NCBI GenBank assembly: GCA_002269645.1
Contig: NIVC01002672.1
Coordinates: forward strand, 17,943 to 81,942
Length of the DNA stretch: 64,000 nucleotides
Reading direction: 5' to 3'
Source: Macrostomum lignano
Taxonomy: Eukaryota
In this document: in pieces, positions 36,483-49,160 of the stretch
Layout of the letters: every line of letters begins with the position of its first letter
Numbering within the stretch: the first letter of the stretch is position 1
The notes under the pieces: generated by a model
Seen by the model: the letters and a program-made list of their open reading frames with translations, nothing else
Database searches by the model: none
What the model was told of the DNA's origin: nothing
Position numbers and translations under genes: made by a program

Positions 36483-38975
36483 CTGACAGAGCGCGTCTCC
36501 CAGACCACTGCTTTCAAAGTGTCTGCTGGCTTTGGGTGTCGCTTTTGATTAGGAGGCATTGTCCTGTACGAAATGAGTCCTAACCAATAACCGTTGGTTC
36601 TTGACCATTTTAGAGCAGGCGTTTTTAATTTATTGCAAACTCTTTCCAGCACAGTAACTCCATCTCCTCATCCCAGCTCGTAGATAGCTCGTACATCTCC
36701 TATTTTGGACTTTTCGATTTACAAACACGAGCTGTGTTCGCCGAGGCTGTTTCACGTGTTTCTCAAGAAACGTTTAAAAATATGTTTTCAAGCCTAAAAA
36801 AAAGTATTTTCAAAGATGTTGAAAACTTTGAGTCGAAACAGAAAGTCTACTGTATCGCTTTGTGACAATCGCAGGTATCTTCATGGTGAGAGTCAGAACT
36901 GAGCAACCAACTGTCAAGTGGACACGAACTTTCAATTAGCAAAGTTGTTTATGCAGACTTTTGGCAGACAGCGATGATTAAAATAGCACAGGCTTCATTG
37001 CGGTGGTTTATAAATAGAGGTCTTGTTCGCGGTTCCTATGCTAATTTTGCCTTGAATAACATGACCATGCAAACTATTTTTGTGTGATAATTATTTACGA
37101 TTAAAACTGGCTCGCATGTTGCAATAAGCTTCAAGTTCCTTCACTTTGCTGAAAATATTATGTTGTTACTTGGGCAGCACAAAGTTTTACCTCTACAGCT
37201 GAGTGTACATAACCAACCACTGATTGAGCTCATTCGAAAGCATCAGACGGCAAACTCACCAATGCTCTTGCTTTGTTGTTGTTCCGATGTCGTATTTTAG
37301 CCGTTTCGGCGCAAAATATACTGTAAACTGTACAGCCTGTACAGTTCTTTGTAGGCCTCTGGACTGCGCGCTAAGAAAGCTGAAAGGTAATTTATCGAGC
37401 ATCTAATTCAGCAGTTGATTAGCAATAATGAAGCCCACCCAAGTTCTCTCTTTGGCTATTCCAGTTTGATTTCCTAAGCAGCTTAATTTGCTATGAACAG
37501 CAAGCGTTGATAAGAGGGCTGGAGCCGATGTGAACTGCGCATGGCTTAGGAACGAACGGTTTGCAGTCAATACGAATAAAGTACGCCCTTTTGGGTGTAG
37601 TGAAGCACCGAATGTGCAATATTATCTTGGTCAAACCTTCCGCCATCGATGCAATTTACTCTGCACTGCACTCTTGCTCAGCTCTCGCGCAACTACGCAC
37701 ACCCACTTTTAATTAGGACTGGATTCGAACTAAACAGCCAAGCCGGTTACTGCTGTGCCTGTACGAGTATTTCTGACTCCCGGCTGATCGGTGATTTTCA
37801 CGATCTAACAGAGCAGCCTCGGAAGGCTCAGGCAAGTCTATTTCTCTTCGGTATCCGGACGACCACCTCCAGCAAGGAAAGTTGTCTGCTGCCTCTGAAG
37901 CCTAAAAAGAAAGGAGAGAAGGAAAATGTCACTGTGATTTAGCAGCCGATCAACTCCATTGCCTAGAACGACTGCTACTAGAATTCCGGGAGTATGCGCG
38001 AGCGAGCAAGAAAACATACTCAGTAGTGGTTGGAAGAATTCCATTATAGGGGGAACAATAAAATCGGCTGGATCGCGAGCAGCTTACCAAGCCAGAATGG
38101 GTATTGGTTCCCGCCTAAACCGCGAAGGCCAGTGTCTGAGAGGGGGTGAGAGCAGACGTTGCGCCTTGTCCACCTCCACGCAGCTCGGACCGCCCCCAGC
38201 TCGAGTCTCGATACGCTGTGGACTGTGTGGAGAATCGCCACACACACCCAAGGTCCGCTAGCGTCTCAAGCCCCCTGCCCCGGTACGCTTTCGCCCTTAT
38301 CGGCCTTGGAAGAAACGGGCAGCGGCTTGGGGCAGTCTAGAGGGGAGATTGTCGCACCGGGGCAGGGGAGAGAGGCAAGCGACAACCCCAGCGCCGAGTC
38401 ATAGCAAAATACGAAAGCATTTATGCTTAAGGAACCTCGCGCCCTCGGCCAAGCGTGCACGGCTATACACACAATCTGGCTCATGCGATTTCGAAATAGC
38501 AGACCAATTTTGCCAGCTAGCAAAGCAAGACGCTTGAGTCAAAACTCGCTGCAGGTCGGCGCAGCAAGCCAACTATCCAATCCAGCACGTTGCTGCGGCC
38601 TGCGCCTCCCACCTGCCTAACTTCAGAAAAGGGTGAACTTAGCAGCGGCCTGCCATTTAAGCTGAGAAAATAAATAGATAGTGGCAGATTAGTAAAGGGA
38701 CGGCTTTAATTTTTTGAGAGTAGCCGACAGAGCCATTTACAAAGATAAGGCCGCTGTTCATGAATGTGAGGTGCCGCTGACAACCAGATAACGTGCCTTC
38801 GAACGCAGATCTTGCCAAAGGCACGGGTTTTCGCTTGGCAAAAGTCAGAGCGAGAAATTTTGGTGACTAACTAAAGGCGGGACTGAGAAGAAACAATCAC
38901 GTGCTCTGAGCGCTGAGTTGGACGCAGCAAACGGGTGCGGGAATCGCAGCGGGATTCAAACGCCAGAGAGACGCG

Positions 38976-41900
38976 ATGGCGGCAGCGCAAGTCACGGCTG
39001 GCTTGGCGAACCCACTGGTGGACCTCCTGGAGCCGGCTTTCAATGGCGGCATCCTGAATCCGCTGCTGGCCTGGGCCGCCGGGGCGCTACCCGACCGCCT
39101 GTCGATGTCGGATACTCCGGCAGGCGTCTTGCATCGAGTTGTCTCCGCGGACGTCAATAGGACGGGTTCAGATAGTCTCGAGTCCGTGCTCAAAGTCTGG
39201 CTTAATGGCCGGCTGCACTCTCACCTGGTGTATTTTATTCTGTCCGGCCTTTTGCTACTAATCTGGCTGGTTGCCTGCTGCTTTCTTCTGGGCGTCACCC
39301 TGCGCAGAGAGCGGCACCGGCGGGCCCGTCTGAAACGAATTCTACTGAAAAACGACGATCAAGTGGACGCGCCGGACGAGAAGAGCGTGGCAAGGCAGCT
39401 TCCGCGCTCTCAATACCGACGATTCGGCGCCATGGTAATTCGACGAGTGCGCAGATGGACGCGAAACCGGCACCAGAGGAAACAAACCGCGGAAGTGGAG
39501 GGTGCGACCGGTAAAAACTGGACCAAAGAACAGTTGAACGTTCAGACTGAAAGTAATAACAACCACAATAGCAGCCGCAATGGTCCCAATAACGGCTATG
39601 ACTTGACGGACAACACCGATCCGTGGTCCATGACAGAATCGGCGTCGACTCAGACGACCACAAAAACGTCGTCGCCGGGGAAAGCAGCCGCGACGGAGGT
39701 TGTCCGAGCTGCAAACCTTTCAGCTAAAACTATATCGGGAAGAGATCACCGACTGCTGGCTCAGACCAGCGTAGCGACTTTGGCCACTCTGCTGTGCGTC
39801 GCCCTACTGGTTGCCTACTGCACCCAGGCTGGGGGGATCCTCGCCTTGGCTTCCAGGGAGAGGGACGCCAACTCGGCGCGGTCCATTGTCTCCGCCACTG
39901 TCGGTCACCTGGACAGGTTCCTGACTCGAGCATTGGTTGAGTCCAATCGGACTATTATTGACACGTTTGAAACCGCCTATCCATCGGTGGAAAAGCTGTT
40001 TACAGATTTTGGAACTGAGCTGCTCGAGCTGCTTATGGCTGACTATGGCATCGATAAGTTGATTGGTAGGTTGACTTGAATTTTGCGATGAACCTTTCCC
40101 AATTCACTCCTTTACGGAGGCCTAAAAACTAACCCTTTACAAGAAAGCGAAACTTGAACTAAACACATACAGGAGAGCAAAAAAGAGCTATATTTTTCTG
40201 CTCATCCATTCTCACTGCCAGGTCACCTGGAGTACTTCCTCACCACTGTAAACAGCACTGTAAACACTATGCGCGATATTGCCAGCGCCAGGGAGACCGT
40301 GATCAAACCGCTGCAGCAGTTCTCCGCCCAGCTGCAGGTCCATCGGGACTCTCTGCAAGATCCGTTAAGCGCTGTCTGCGACCGATTCGGCAACCTCTTC
40401 CCCACTGGACACTGTGCCTCCCTGGTGACTCGCCTGACCGAACTGCGACTGGGCATCAACGATACAAAACTGGAGACAGACTCCAGCGTTGCCATAGTGA
40501 CGCTTCTCAACAAGATGGTCAAGCTGGACATTGACAATGTGCAGAAGCAGGTGCAGAAGGCAAAGGAGTCGCTATCTACGGGTCTACAAGCGATTTCAGG
40601 CGTGGTCCGCCAGCTGCTGAACGGGCTGGTGGACACGGTGTCGTCTCAGTTCGAGCAAGCGGAGCTCTCAATCGCCGTAGTGAAGGCTGGCTTCGACCGA
40701 GCAGCCAGAGATCCGGACCTTTGGGACGCAGTGGAGACGGCAGGTCAAGCTGTACTCATCCTGGTGATTCTCTCCTGCATTGTGTTTCTGCTCACTTGCG
40801 CGAAATGCTGCATCCTGCTGTGGGCCCTGGCTCGCTACCTGCGCACTGCCTGCCGGCTTGACCGCATGCCCTCGGTAGTGGTGGTCGCCGTGCCTACCCA
40901 GGGCCCCGCTCCCGTCGAGCTATCCGCGAACTCGTCGCCACTTCGCCGATCGTCTGCTTCGTCCACAACGTCGGGTTTCTCCAGTGGCGGCTTCTCGAGT
41001 CCTCGCTGGTCGCCGCGTTTCGTCGATCGCAGCGTCGGGTTTACAGTAGTTGAGCACGAAGACTCCTCTGGGCGATTTTCGCGTCGGCGCCAGAAACTTC
41101 GCCGCCTCCAGGATCGGGAGTGGAAGGGCTTCACGTACTGTTGCTCGTTCGACTGCTCGGTTGCTATGCTCGTCGGCGCGATAGTATTGCTGCTGCCGCT
41201 GATGTTCAGCCTGGCGTTGTTCTACGCCACCGGCGAGCTTCAGGTCGACGTCTGTCGGTACCTCGCCAGTTCGTCTGGCAACCGCGTGTGGGATGCCCGA
41301 TTGGACGAGTTCACCGAAACCCGGCTGTGGCCGCTGGTGAAAGACGCGCTCGACCAGCGGACGGGACTGCCAATCTCGCTGCCAGCTCGACCGCCTGGCA
41401 GCCTCATCGCGACGGTGCGGGGTAGCTGCGGTGACCCGAACTCCACACTGTTCAGTGTATTCGGTCTGACAGGTAAACTTAAGCTCTCAAGTAGTTCAAT
41501 CTCCATGGGCTCTAACTGATGCAAATTTATACGGAATCGTTTGCCCTCTCAGGTCTACTCAACGCCACGGCGCTGCTTTCAAGCAACCTGACCCAATCCC
41601 AATTCCTCACGGGGCCAGCCTAATCAAGAACCAGATCAACGCTACTGACGCCAATGCCTTGATCCCACCGGAGCTCGATAGCCTGACCTCGGTGCTGCCG
41701 CAGTTGGCAGGACTGCTCGATGCCGAGGACTACACCGACTCAATCGCCGAACTCGGGAAGCCGCTGCTCGTTATGCCGCAAACCGACGTCTTCATAGTTG
41801 AAGTGGCGAACGTAGTCGCTGCCGCTCTGGCCAATGAGCCAGGCAACAGCGACGCCGTAATCCTGCGGCACTCCCTCGCGCAGCTGAATGCGTCTATGCA

Positions 41901-42525
41901 GCGCTCCGCCGGTATTAAAGACCGCCTCGCCGAGCTTCGTCAACGCTTCCAACTGTTGCAGGCTTCGCGCAACTTCACGGGCCTAACTGGCAGCCTTCTG
42001 ACCGCCCTTAGCGATGTTCAGGCCACGCTGGCTGACAAGCAGGGCATGCTGGACCGCGTGGACGCTCGGTTCGGACCCTGTCTGGCCAGGCACCAGCCTC
42101 TGTTCGCTGCCTTTCTCGACCCTCTGGCCTCTGGCCTGTTAGCCAACGTCGGCCACTGTGACGACCTACGACTGGCGGTAGAGACGCTCTCAGCTGACTT
42201 GTGCTCGGAGGCGGCGCCCAAGGCGAACCTGGCCGCCTTTCTGCTACTGCTGACCTCGTGCTTCTTTGCCGCTCTGTTCGGCCTGAGCTGGGGGCTGCTG
42301 GTTCGAGTTGGAAGGCACCAGGCGGCGGTGCTGCAATTCGAAATCGAGGCGGCTGTCGCTCCCGCAGTCCCGCAGTCCATTGAAGCTCCCGCAGTCAACG
42401 CCAGCAACTGGATGACGCGTAAAGTTTCGCCCGTGCCGGAGGCTCCGTCGCCGCCAGTGCCGCCACCCAGACGCCAGCATCGGGAACGGAGACCGCACCT
42501 GCGGCTCGGAGAGTCGGAAGTGTAA
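38976..42525 (+). CDS. Prominin-like pentaspan membrane glycoprotein (about 1100 aa) with an apparent 1-bp frameshift near 41611
   Basis: Exons 38976-40065, 40222-41472 and 41553-42525, with phase-1 introns. Five hydrophobic segments in a 1+2+1 spacing around two large loops. Prominin-like motifs GELQVDVCRYL and HCDDL...DLCSE...NL. Exon 3 hits TAA at 41621 unless one G is added to GGGG 41611-14. Confidence 0.75.
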
Positions 42526-42799
42526 ATTCAGTGAAGTCGACCAACTTTGCCAGTCTTTCTGCACCCACTCCCAAGTCAATAAATCATCTTCGCAACCAGC
42601 GCAACTTTAATTAAGTCTCTCGTTCAGCGCCCGCCCCTGCATTTCGAGTCCGTGCTGATTTCCATTTACTTTGCACTTTTAATCTTCAGTTTAGTTCTCG
42701 ATAGCTCGAGTCAGTGTAAAAATGTGCCGCTAATCTGCTCCAGAAGTCACTATTTACGTATTTGTGTGCCAAAAACTGTTTTATTTTCCAATATACTAA

Positions 42800-42920
42800 A
42801 AATGGTCTGTCGGTATGTGTGTGTGTGTATGTGTGTGTGTGTGATCGATTTTAGCAAAAACGGCTCAACCGATTTTCTTCGAACTTGCACTGTTCGATCA
42901 GAAATTTTCCCGTGACAGTA
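42800..42920. mobile_element. Possible Helentron-associated (HINE/DINE-1-like) remnant
   Basis: GTCTGTC-(GT)n microsatellite followed by AAAACGGCTCAACCGATTTTCTTCGAACTTG, a motif recalled from such elements. Termini not resolved. Confidence 0.4.
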
Positions 42921-43340
42921 CATGCATCGTGGCTAAGAAATTGCTTGATGCTAAAGGGATTAAATATTCGAAAAACATGCTTTTTTGCAAAGGTCAAGCA
43001 GCTCTTTCGACTTGAAATGCATCGTAAGAATGCTAGCAGAAAAACTGACTGGTTGAATTCTGATTCTGAAATAGATTGCATCACAATACACTTTATTTAT
43101 CGTCTGTGTACTGGCTGAATTTGACACTCAATTGAATTGCGTCACAGCTTTGAGTGTGAAAGCATAGCGCAGTACTGAATTTATATTACGTAACCATATT
43201 GTAAACTTTCATAGACACTGGTACTGACTTGCCTAAGAAATTGATTATGTCATAACTGCTTCGTGAGACTTTTTACTCTACCTGACTTGGTGTGAGTGTT
43301 GAATTATATAAGTGGTACAACATCACTGATAACTTCGATG

Positions 43341-43405
43341 AGAGCTAGCCTAGAGCTGAACAGACCAGACTGCTAATGCAGCGACCTAGGTTCGAATCTA
43401 AGTAG
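43341..43405 (+). pseudogene. tRNA-like remnant (SINE head or tRNA pseudogene)
   Basis: TAGCCTAGAGC...GACTGCTAATG...GGTTCGAATC. The acceptor stem does not pair. Confidence 0.3.
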
Positions 43406-43479
43406 TTTAAAAGTAGTAGTGTAAAATTTTTTATTAAAAGGTTTATTAAAGGACTAAATAAAAACACTTAGATTACTGC

Positions 43480-45830
43480 ACTCGATAAGCCAAGGATTAT
43501 TGCTATTAATAAACCAAGGACTACTGCACTCGATAAACCAAGGACTATTGCTCTTGGCAAACCAAAGATTACTGCACTTGATTAATCAAGGATTATTGCT
43601 ATTAATAAACCAAGGATTACGGCACTTGGAAAACCAAGGATTACTGCACTCGATAAACCAAGGACTATTGCTCTTGGCAAACCAAGGATTACTGCACTCA
43701 AGAAGCCAAGAATTATTGCACTTGGAAAACCAAGGATTAATGCACTCGATAAACCAAGGACTATTGCTCTTGGCAAACCAAGGATTACTGCACTCAAGAA
43801 GCCAAGGATTATTGCTATTAATAAACCAAGGATTACTGCACTTGGAAAACCAAGGATTACTGCACTCGATAAACCAAGGACTATTGCTCTTGGCAAACCA
43901 AGGATTACTGCACTCAAGAAGCCAAGGATTATTGCACTTGGAAAACCAAGGATTACTGCACTCGATAAACCAAGGACTATTGCACTTGATAGGCCAAAGA
44001 TTACTGCGCTTGATAAACCAAGGATTATTGCACTTGATAAACCAAGGATTATTGCACTTGATAAGCCAAGGATTACTGCGCTTGATAAACCAAGGATTAT
44101 TGCACTTGATAAACAAAGGATTATTGCACTTGATAAACAAAGGATTATTGCACTTGATAAACAAAGGATTATTGCACTTGATAAACCAAGGATTATTGCA
44201 CTTGATAAGCCAAGGATTATTGCACTTGATAAGCCATGGATTATTGCACTTGATAGTAAAGAATGTTGCACTTGATAAGCCAAGGATTAATGCACTGGAT
44301 TATTCAAGGATTATTGATATTAATAAACCAAGGACTACTGCACTCGATAAACCAAGGATTATTGCTCTTAATAAACCAAGGATTACTGCACTTGGAAAAC
44401 TAAGGATTACTGCACTCGATAAACCAAAGACTATTGCACTTGATAAACCAAGGATTATTGCACTTGATAGGCCAAGGATTACTGCACTTGATAAACCAAG
44501 GATTATTGCACTTGATAGGCCAAAGATTACTGCGCTTGATAAACCAAGGATTATTGCACTTGATAAACCAAGGATTATTGCAGTTGATAAGCCAAGGATT
44601 ATTGCATCTGATAAACCAAAGATTATTGCACTTGATAAACCAAGGATTATTGCACTTGATAAACCAAGGATTATTGCACTTGATAGGCCAAAGATTACTG
44701 CGCTTGATAAACCAAGGATTATTGCACTTGATAAACCAAGGATTATTGCAGTTGATAAGCCAAGGATTATTGCATCTGATAAACCAAGGATTATTGCAGT
44801 TGATAAGCCAAGGATTATTGCATCTGATAAACCAAGGATTATTGCACTTGATAAACCAAGGATTATTGCACTTGATAAACCAAGGATTATTGCACTTGAT
44901 AAACCAAGGATTATTGCTCTTGGCAAACCAAGGATTACTGCACTCGATAAGCCAAGGATTATTGCTCTTAATAAACCAAGGATTACTGCACTTGGAAAAC
45001 TAAGGATTACTGCACTCGATAAACTAAGGATTATTGCTCTTGGCAAACCAAGGATTATTGCACTTGATAAACCAAGGATTATTGCACTTGATAAACCAAG
45101 GATTATTGCACTTGATAAACCAAGGATTATTGCACTTGATAAGCCAAGGATTATTGCACTTGATAGGCCAAGGATTACTGCGCTTGATAAACCAAGGACT
45201 ATTGCACTTGATAAACCAAGGATTATTGCAGTTGATAAGCCAAGGATTATTGCACTTGATAAACCAAGGATTATTGCACTTGATAAACCAAGGATTATTG
45301 CACTTGATAAACCAAGGATTATTGCACTTGATAGGCCAAGGATTACTGCACTTGATAAACCAAGGATTATTGCACTTGATAGGCCAAAGATTACTGCGCT
45401 TGATAAACCAAGGATTATTGCAGTTGATAAGCCAAGGATTATTGCACTTGATAAACCAAGGATTATTTCACTTGATAAACCAAGGATTATTGCACTTGAT
45501 AAACAAATATTGCACTTGATAAACCAAGGATTATTGCACCTGATAAGCCAAGGATTACTGCGCTAGATAAACCAAGGATTATTGCACTTGATAAACCAAG
45601 GATTATTGCACTTAATAAACCAAGGATTATTGCACTTGATAAACCAAGGATTATTGCACTTGATAAACAAAGGATTATTGCACTTGATAAACCAAGGATT
45701 ATTGCACTTGATAAGCCAAAGATTACTGCACTTGATAAACCAAGGATTATTGCACTTGATAAACCAAGGATTATTGCACTTGATTAATCAAGGATTATTG
45801 CTATTAATAAACCAAGGATTATTGCACTAG
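43480..45830. repeat. Minisatellite, 24-bp unit CAAGGATTATTGCACTTGATAAAC
   Basis: About 95 units over about 2.35 kb. Produces the 688-aa (PRIIALDK)/(LLHLINQG) pseudo-ORFs. Confidence 0.97.
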
Positions 45831-45959
45831 CTGAGAAGCTGATTACTGCGCTATCTAAAAAAGAGATTATTGCGCTCGCTGAGACGTGGATTGTTGCACA
45901 ACCTGAGAAAGCGATTATTGCATTAGCGGAAGTAACATTTGCACTAGCTACTTGCTGTC

Positions 45960-46690
45960 TCGTGGATGCTTGCTCTCGAGGGGGGATACTTGCTATTTGG
46001 GAGAGGGGGTACTGGCTACATGCATGGGATTCTTTCTATCCAGGGATGCTTGCTATTCAGGGATTCTTGCTATCTGCAGGATGCTTGCTATTTAGGGATT
46101 CTTGCTATCTGCAGGATGCTTGCTATCTGCAGGATGCTTCTATAATATCTGGGGGTGCTTGCTATCTGCAGGATGCTTCTATAATATCTGGGGGGTGCTT
46201 GCTATCTGCAGGATGCTTCTATAATATCTGGGGGTGCTTGCTATCTGCAGGATGCTTCTATAATATCTGGGGGTGCTTGCTATCTGCAGGATGCTTCTAT
46301 AATATCTGGGGGGTGCTTGCTATCTGCAGGATGCTTCTATAATATCTGGGGGGTGCTTGCTATCTGCAGGATGCTTCTATAATATCTGGGGGTGCTTGCT
46401 ATCTGCAGGATGCTTCTATAATATCTGGGGGGTGCTTGCTATCTGCAGGATGCTTCTATAATATCTGGGGGGTGCTTGCTATCTGCAGGATGCTTCTATA
46501 ATATCTGGGGGTGCTTGATATCTGCAGAATGCTTGCTATCTGAGTGGATGCTTGCTATCTGGGTGGATGCTTCTATAATATCTTGGGGGTGCTTGCTAAT
46601 CTGCAGATGCTTGCTATCTGTGGTGATTCTTGCTATGAGCATTAGAGGATGCTTGCTATCTGCGATTGTTCACTTTTGGAGGGGGTTGCT
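45960..46690. repeat. Minisatellite, 39-40-bp unit GCTTGCTATCTGCAGGATGCTTCTATAATATCTGGGGGGT
   Basis: About 10 clean units with a G5/G6 length variant, plus degenerate flanks. Confidence 0.93.
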
Positions 46691-47530
46691 TGCTGTCTTG
46701 GGAATATTTTCTATTTAGTGAAACGATATTTTGTTGACTGTTTGTTAATTTTAGAGAAAAAGTGATTTTTTAATTTTGCAAACATCTTAGTCCGTGACAA
46801 TTTTACACGAATAAGGTGATTTTTAAAATGTGAAGAAGGAATTAGTGTTTAAGAAAATGTGTTTTTTTATTGTTTTCCATGAACTATTTTTGCTCCTTTC
46901 TTATTGGGCGCCCCGAAGGGGGGCCGCACTAGATTTCTAGTAATCATCTATTTTCGTAATTATGCTCGTATGCTTTCTTATACTCGTATTTTATAGTGGC
47001 CTTAAAATGGCGAGCCTTGATTGTGTTGCCAGCGTGATAAATGGAGCTTATATTTTCCTGATTTCAATAAAACAGCATTACTAGTTTGTTCATTCCAGTG
47101 TGCCAGACTGCGCTTTGAAAAAAAGCGCAGGGGGCAGGAGAAGCAATCATTGCATTGAATCTTTCATACACTCGGCAACGTGTTAAGGTCTCCACCCCCA
47201 AACCAGTGGTCAGCAGCTTGGCAGCTTTGATCCAACTCCAGCCATAACTCTCCGCCGCGCATGAACCGCAGGCGTGGATGCGAATTGCGTCACTCGGGGG
47301 GGCTGAGATCTGAGAAAAGGTTGAGCACTGGTCTCGGGGTTGGTGAGTGCACTTGGACGCTAACGGGCCCGTTCGTTCTGTACTTATTTCCCGTCTTACT
47401 TAAGTCCCGTTGTAAACGTGTAAGAGCATTGGCTCCTGGACTCTCCACCGCGCAGCGAATATTGATTGTTATGGATTGGTTTGTCTTCGTTCAAAACTTA
47501 TCAGCACTGGCCTGAGACGGTCACTCAAGG

Positions 47531-47815
47531 GGGCGTAGTAGCCCAGTGGTCTGGCGCGGCGCTCTGATGTACCAGCGGCCCAGGCTCGATTCCAAGTGCA
47601 GTCACATTAATTTGGGGCTAAATTGGAATCTCGGCTTGGCTCTGCTCGTGAAATTAACGCCTTGAGAGCCAACCCCCCCAAGGTACAGTGAAGTGTACAT
47701 GCCTAACCATAAATAAAGTTAGGGCCGCTGTACACTCCTGTGTGAGTGTGTGCCTATGCGTATGACTGCGTACGCATCCTTGTGCTTGTGTGCCTGCTCA
47801 GGGGAACGGGCAATA
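47531..47815 (+). mobile_element. tRNA-derived SINE, family 1, 3'-truncated copy
   Basis: Colinear with 21261-21550 (TAGCCCAGTGG...CGATTCCAAGTGCAGTCA...GTGTGCCTGCTCAGGGGA). Confidence 0.85.
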
Positions 47816-48574
47816 ATGCATGATTTGTTGTATATATTGCGAATTAGGACATTAGAGCAGCAGATGAGCCTGATTTTGCCTAGTTGTCTTTAAGCATACT
47901 GAATGCTTACTTCATGCAGAGTTTTACAAAAAATCCTAAACAGACGTCCTACTGAAAGTAGTGTCTTTAGTTAATAAAGTTTTTTCTAGTTCTTCTAATT
48001 GAGACAGACTGCTCTGGTTTACGTGTGCAGGTGTTTGCACCTGTGCAAACTCTCGTCGTCTGTGCACCTGCTTTCGGGAGTTGGGTGTGGTGCCGTCCCC
48101 AACCAATGCCTTTTTTGTCTCGGCTTGTGCCTCATTGTGCACGCTTGGAACAACTTCGTGAAAGCCTCACGTTTTTCGTAAATTTTATAGATTTATTTTT
48201 TAAAAACTTTTTATCAATTTGCGGATCTCGGTAAGTAAAGACTTGTGTTTATGCTTTACAGATTGGTTGTGAGCACAGTGCTGTTGCAGCTGTCGCTCTG
48301 CTCAATGATTGCTTTAAAAGTGAACTAGCAATCTTTGCCCCTCATTGGGTAGGAAACAAAGAAAATAAAAAATTGAATAAAAATATAGAGGTATCTTTTA
48401 ATCTGGTACAGTCACTATGTTAGTTTCTTAAGAAAAAATTGTTTAACGCAAAAAAGCACCTGGCCTCCCCAGCTATCAGACCTTCGAGCTTTGGCGTCAA
48501 AGATATCGCTAAATCCTAACTGTCCCTTTGATGCCTGGCCTACCAACAGCAACAACTCACAATTGATCCTTGAC

Positions 48575-49160
48575 ACCACAGCAATCCCCTGTGAGCCTTG
48601 ACATCTCAGCAATTCCTCCCATGAGCCTTGACATCTCAGCAATTCCCCCTGTGAGCATTGGCATCTCCGCAATTCCTCCCGTGAGCCTTGACATCTCCGC
48701 AATTCCTCCCATGAGCCTTGACATCTCCGCAATTCCTCCCATGAGCCTTGACATCTCAGCAATTCCTCCCATGAGCCTTGACATCTCAGCAATTCCCCCT
48801 GTGAGCATTGACATCTCCGCAATTCCTCCCATGAGCCTTGACATCTCAGCAATTCCCCCTGTGAGCATTGGCATCTCAGCAATTCCTCCCGTGAGCCTTG
48901 ACATCTCCGCAATTCCTCCCATGAGCCTTGACATCTCAGCAATTCTTCCCATGAGCCTTGACATCTCAGCAATTCCCCCTGTGAGCATTGGCATCTCAGC
49001 AATTCCTCCCATGAGCCTTGACATCTCAGCATTTCCTCGCATGAGCCTTGACATCTCAGCAATTCCTCCCATGAGCCTTGACATCTCAGCAATTCTGACC
49101 GTGAGTCTTGATATCTCAGCAATTCCTCCCGTAAGGCATGATATCTCTAGAATTCCCCCG
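48575..49160. repeat. Minisatellite, 30-bp unit GAGCCTTGACATCTCAGCAATTCCTCCCAT
   Basis: About 19 units. The three overlapping ORFs are repeat translations. Confidence 0.95.

Noticed and set aside
43500-45830. 688-aa and overlapping ORFs (PRIIALDK / LLHLINQG repeats) as a real protein
   Set aside because: Several frames on both strands are open because the 24-bp unit lacks stops. The long ORF drifts between repeat frames at indels, and there is no signal peptide or splice context.
46905-47000. GGGCGCCCCGAAGGGGGGCC hairpin as a Helitron/Helentron end
   Set aside because: No matching second terminus or second copy in the window, so support is insufficient.
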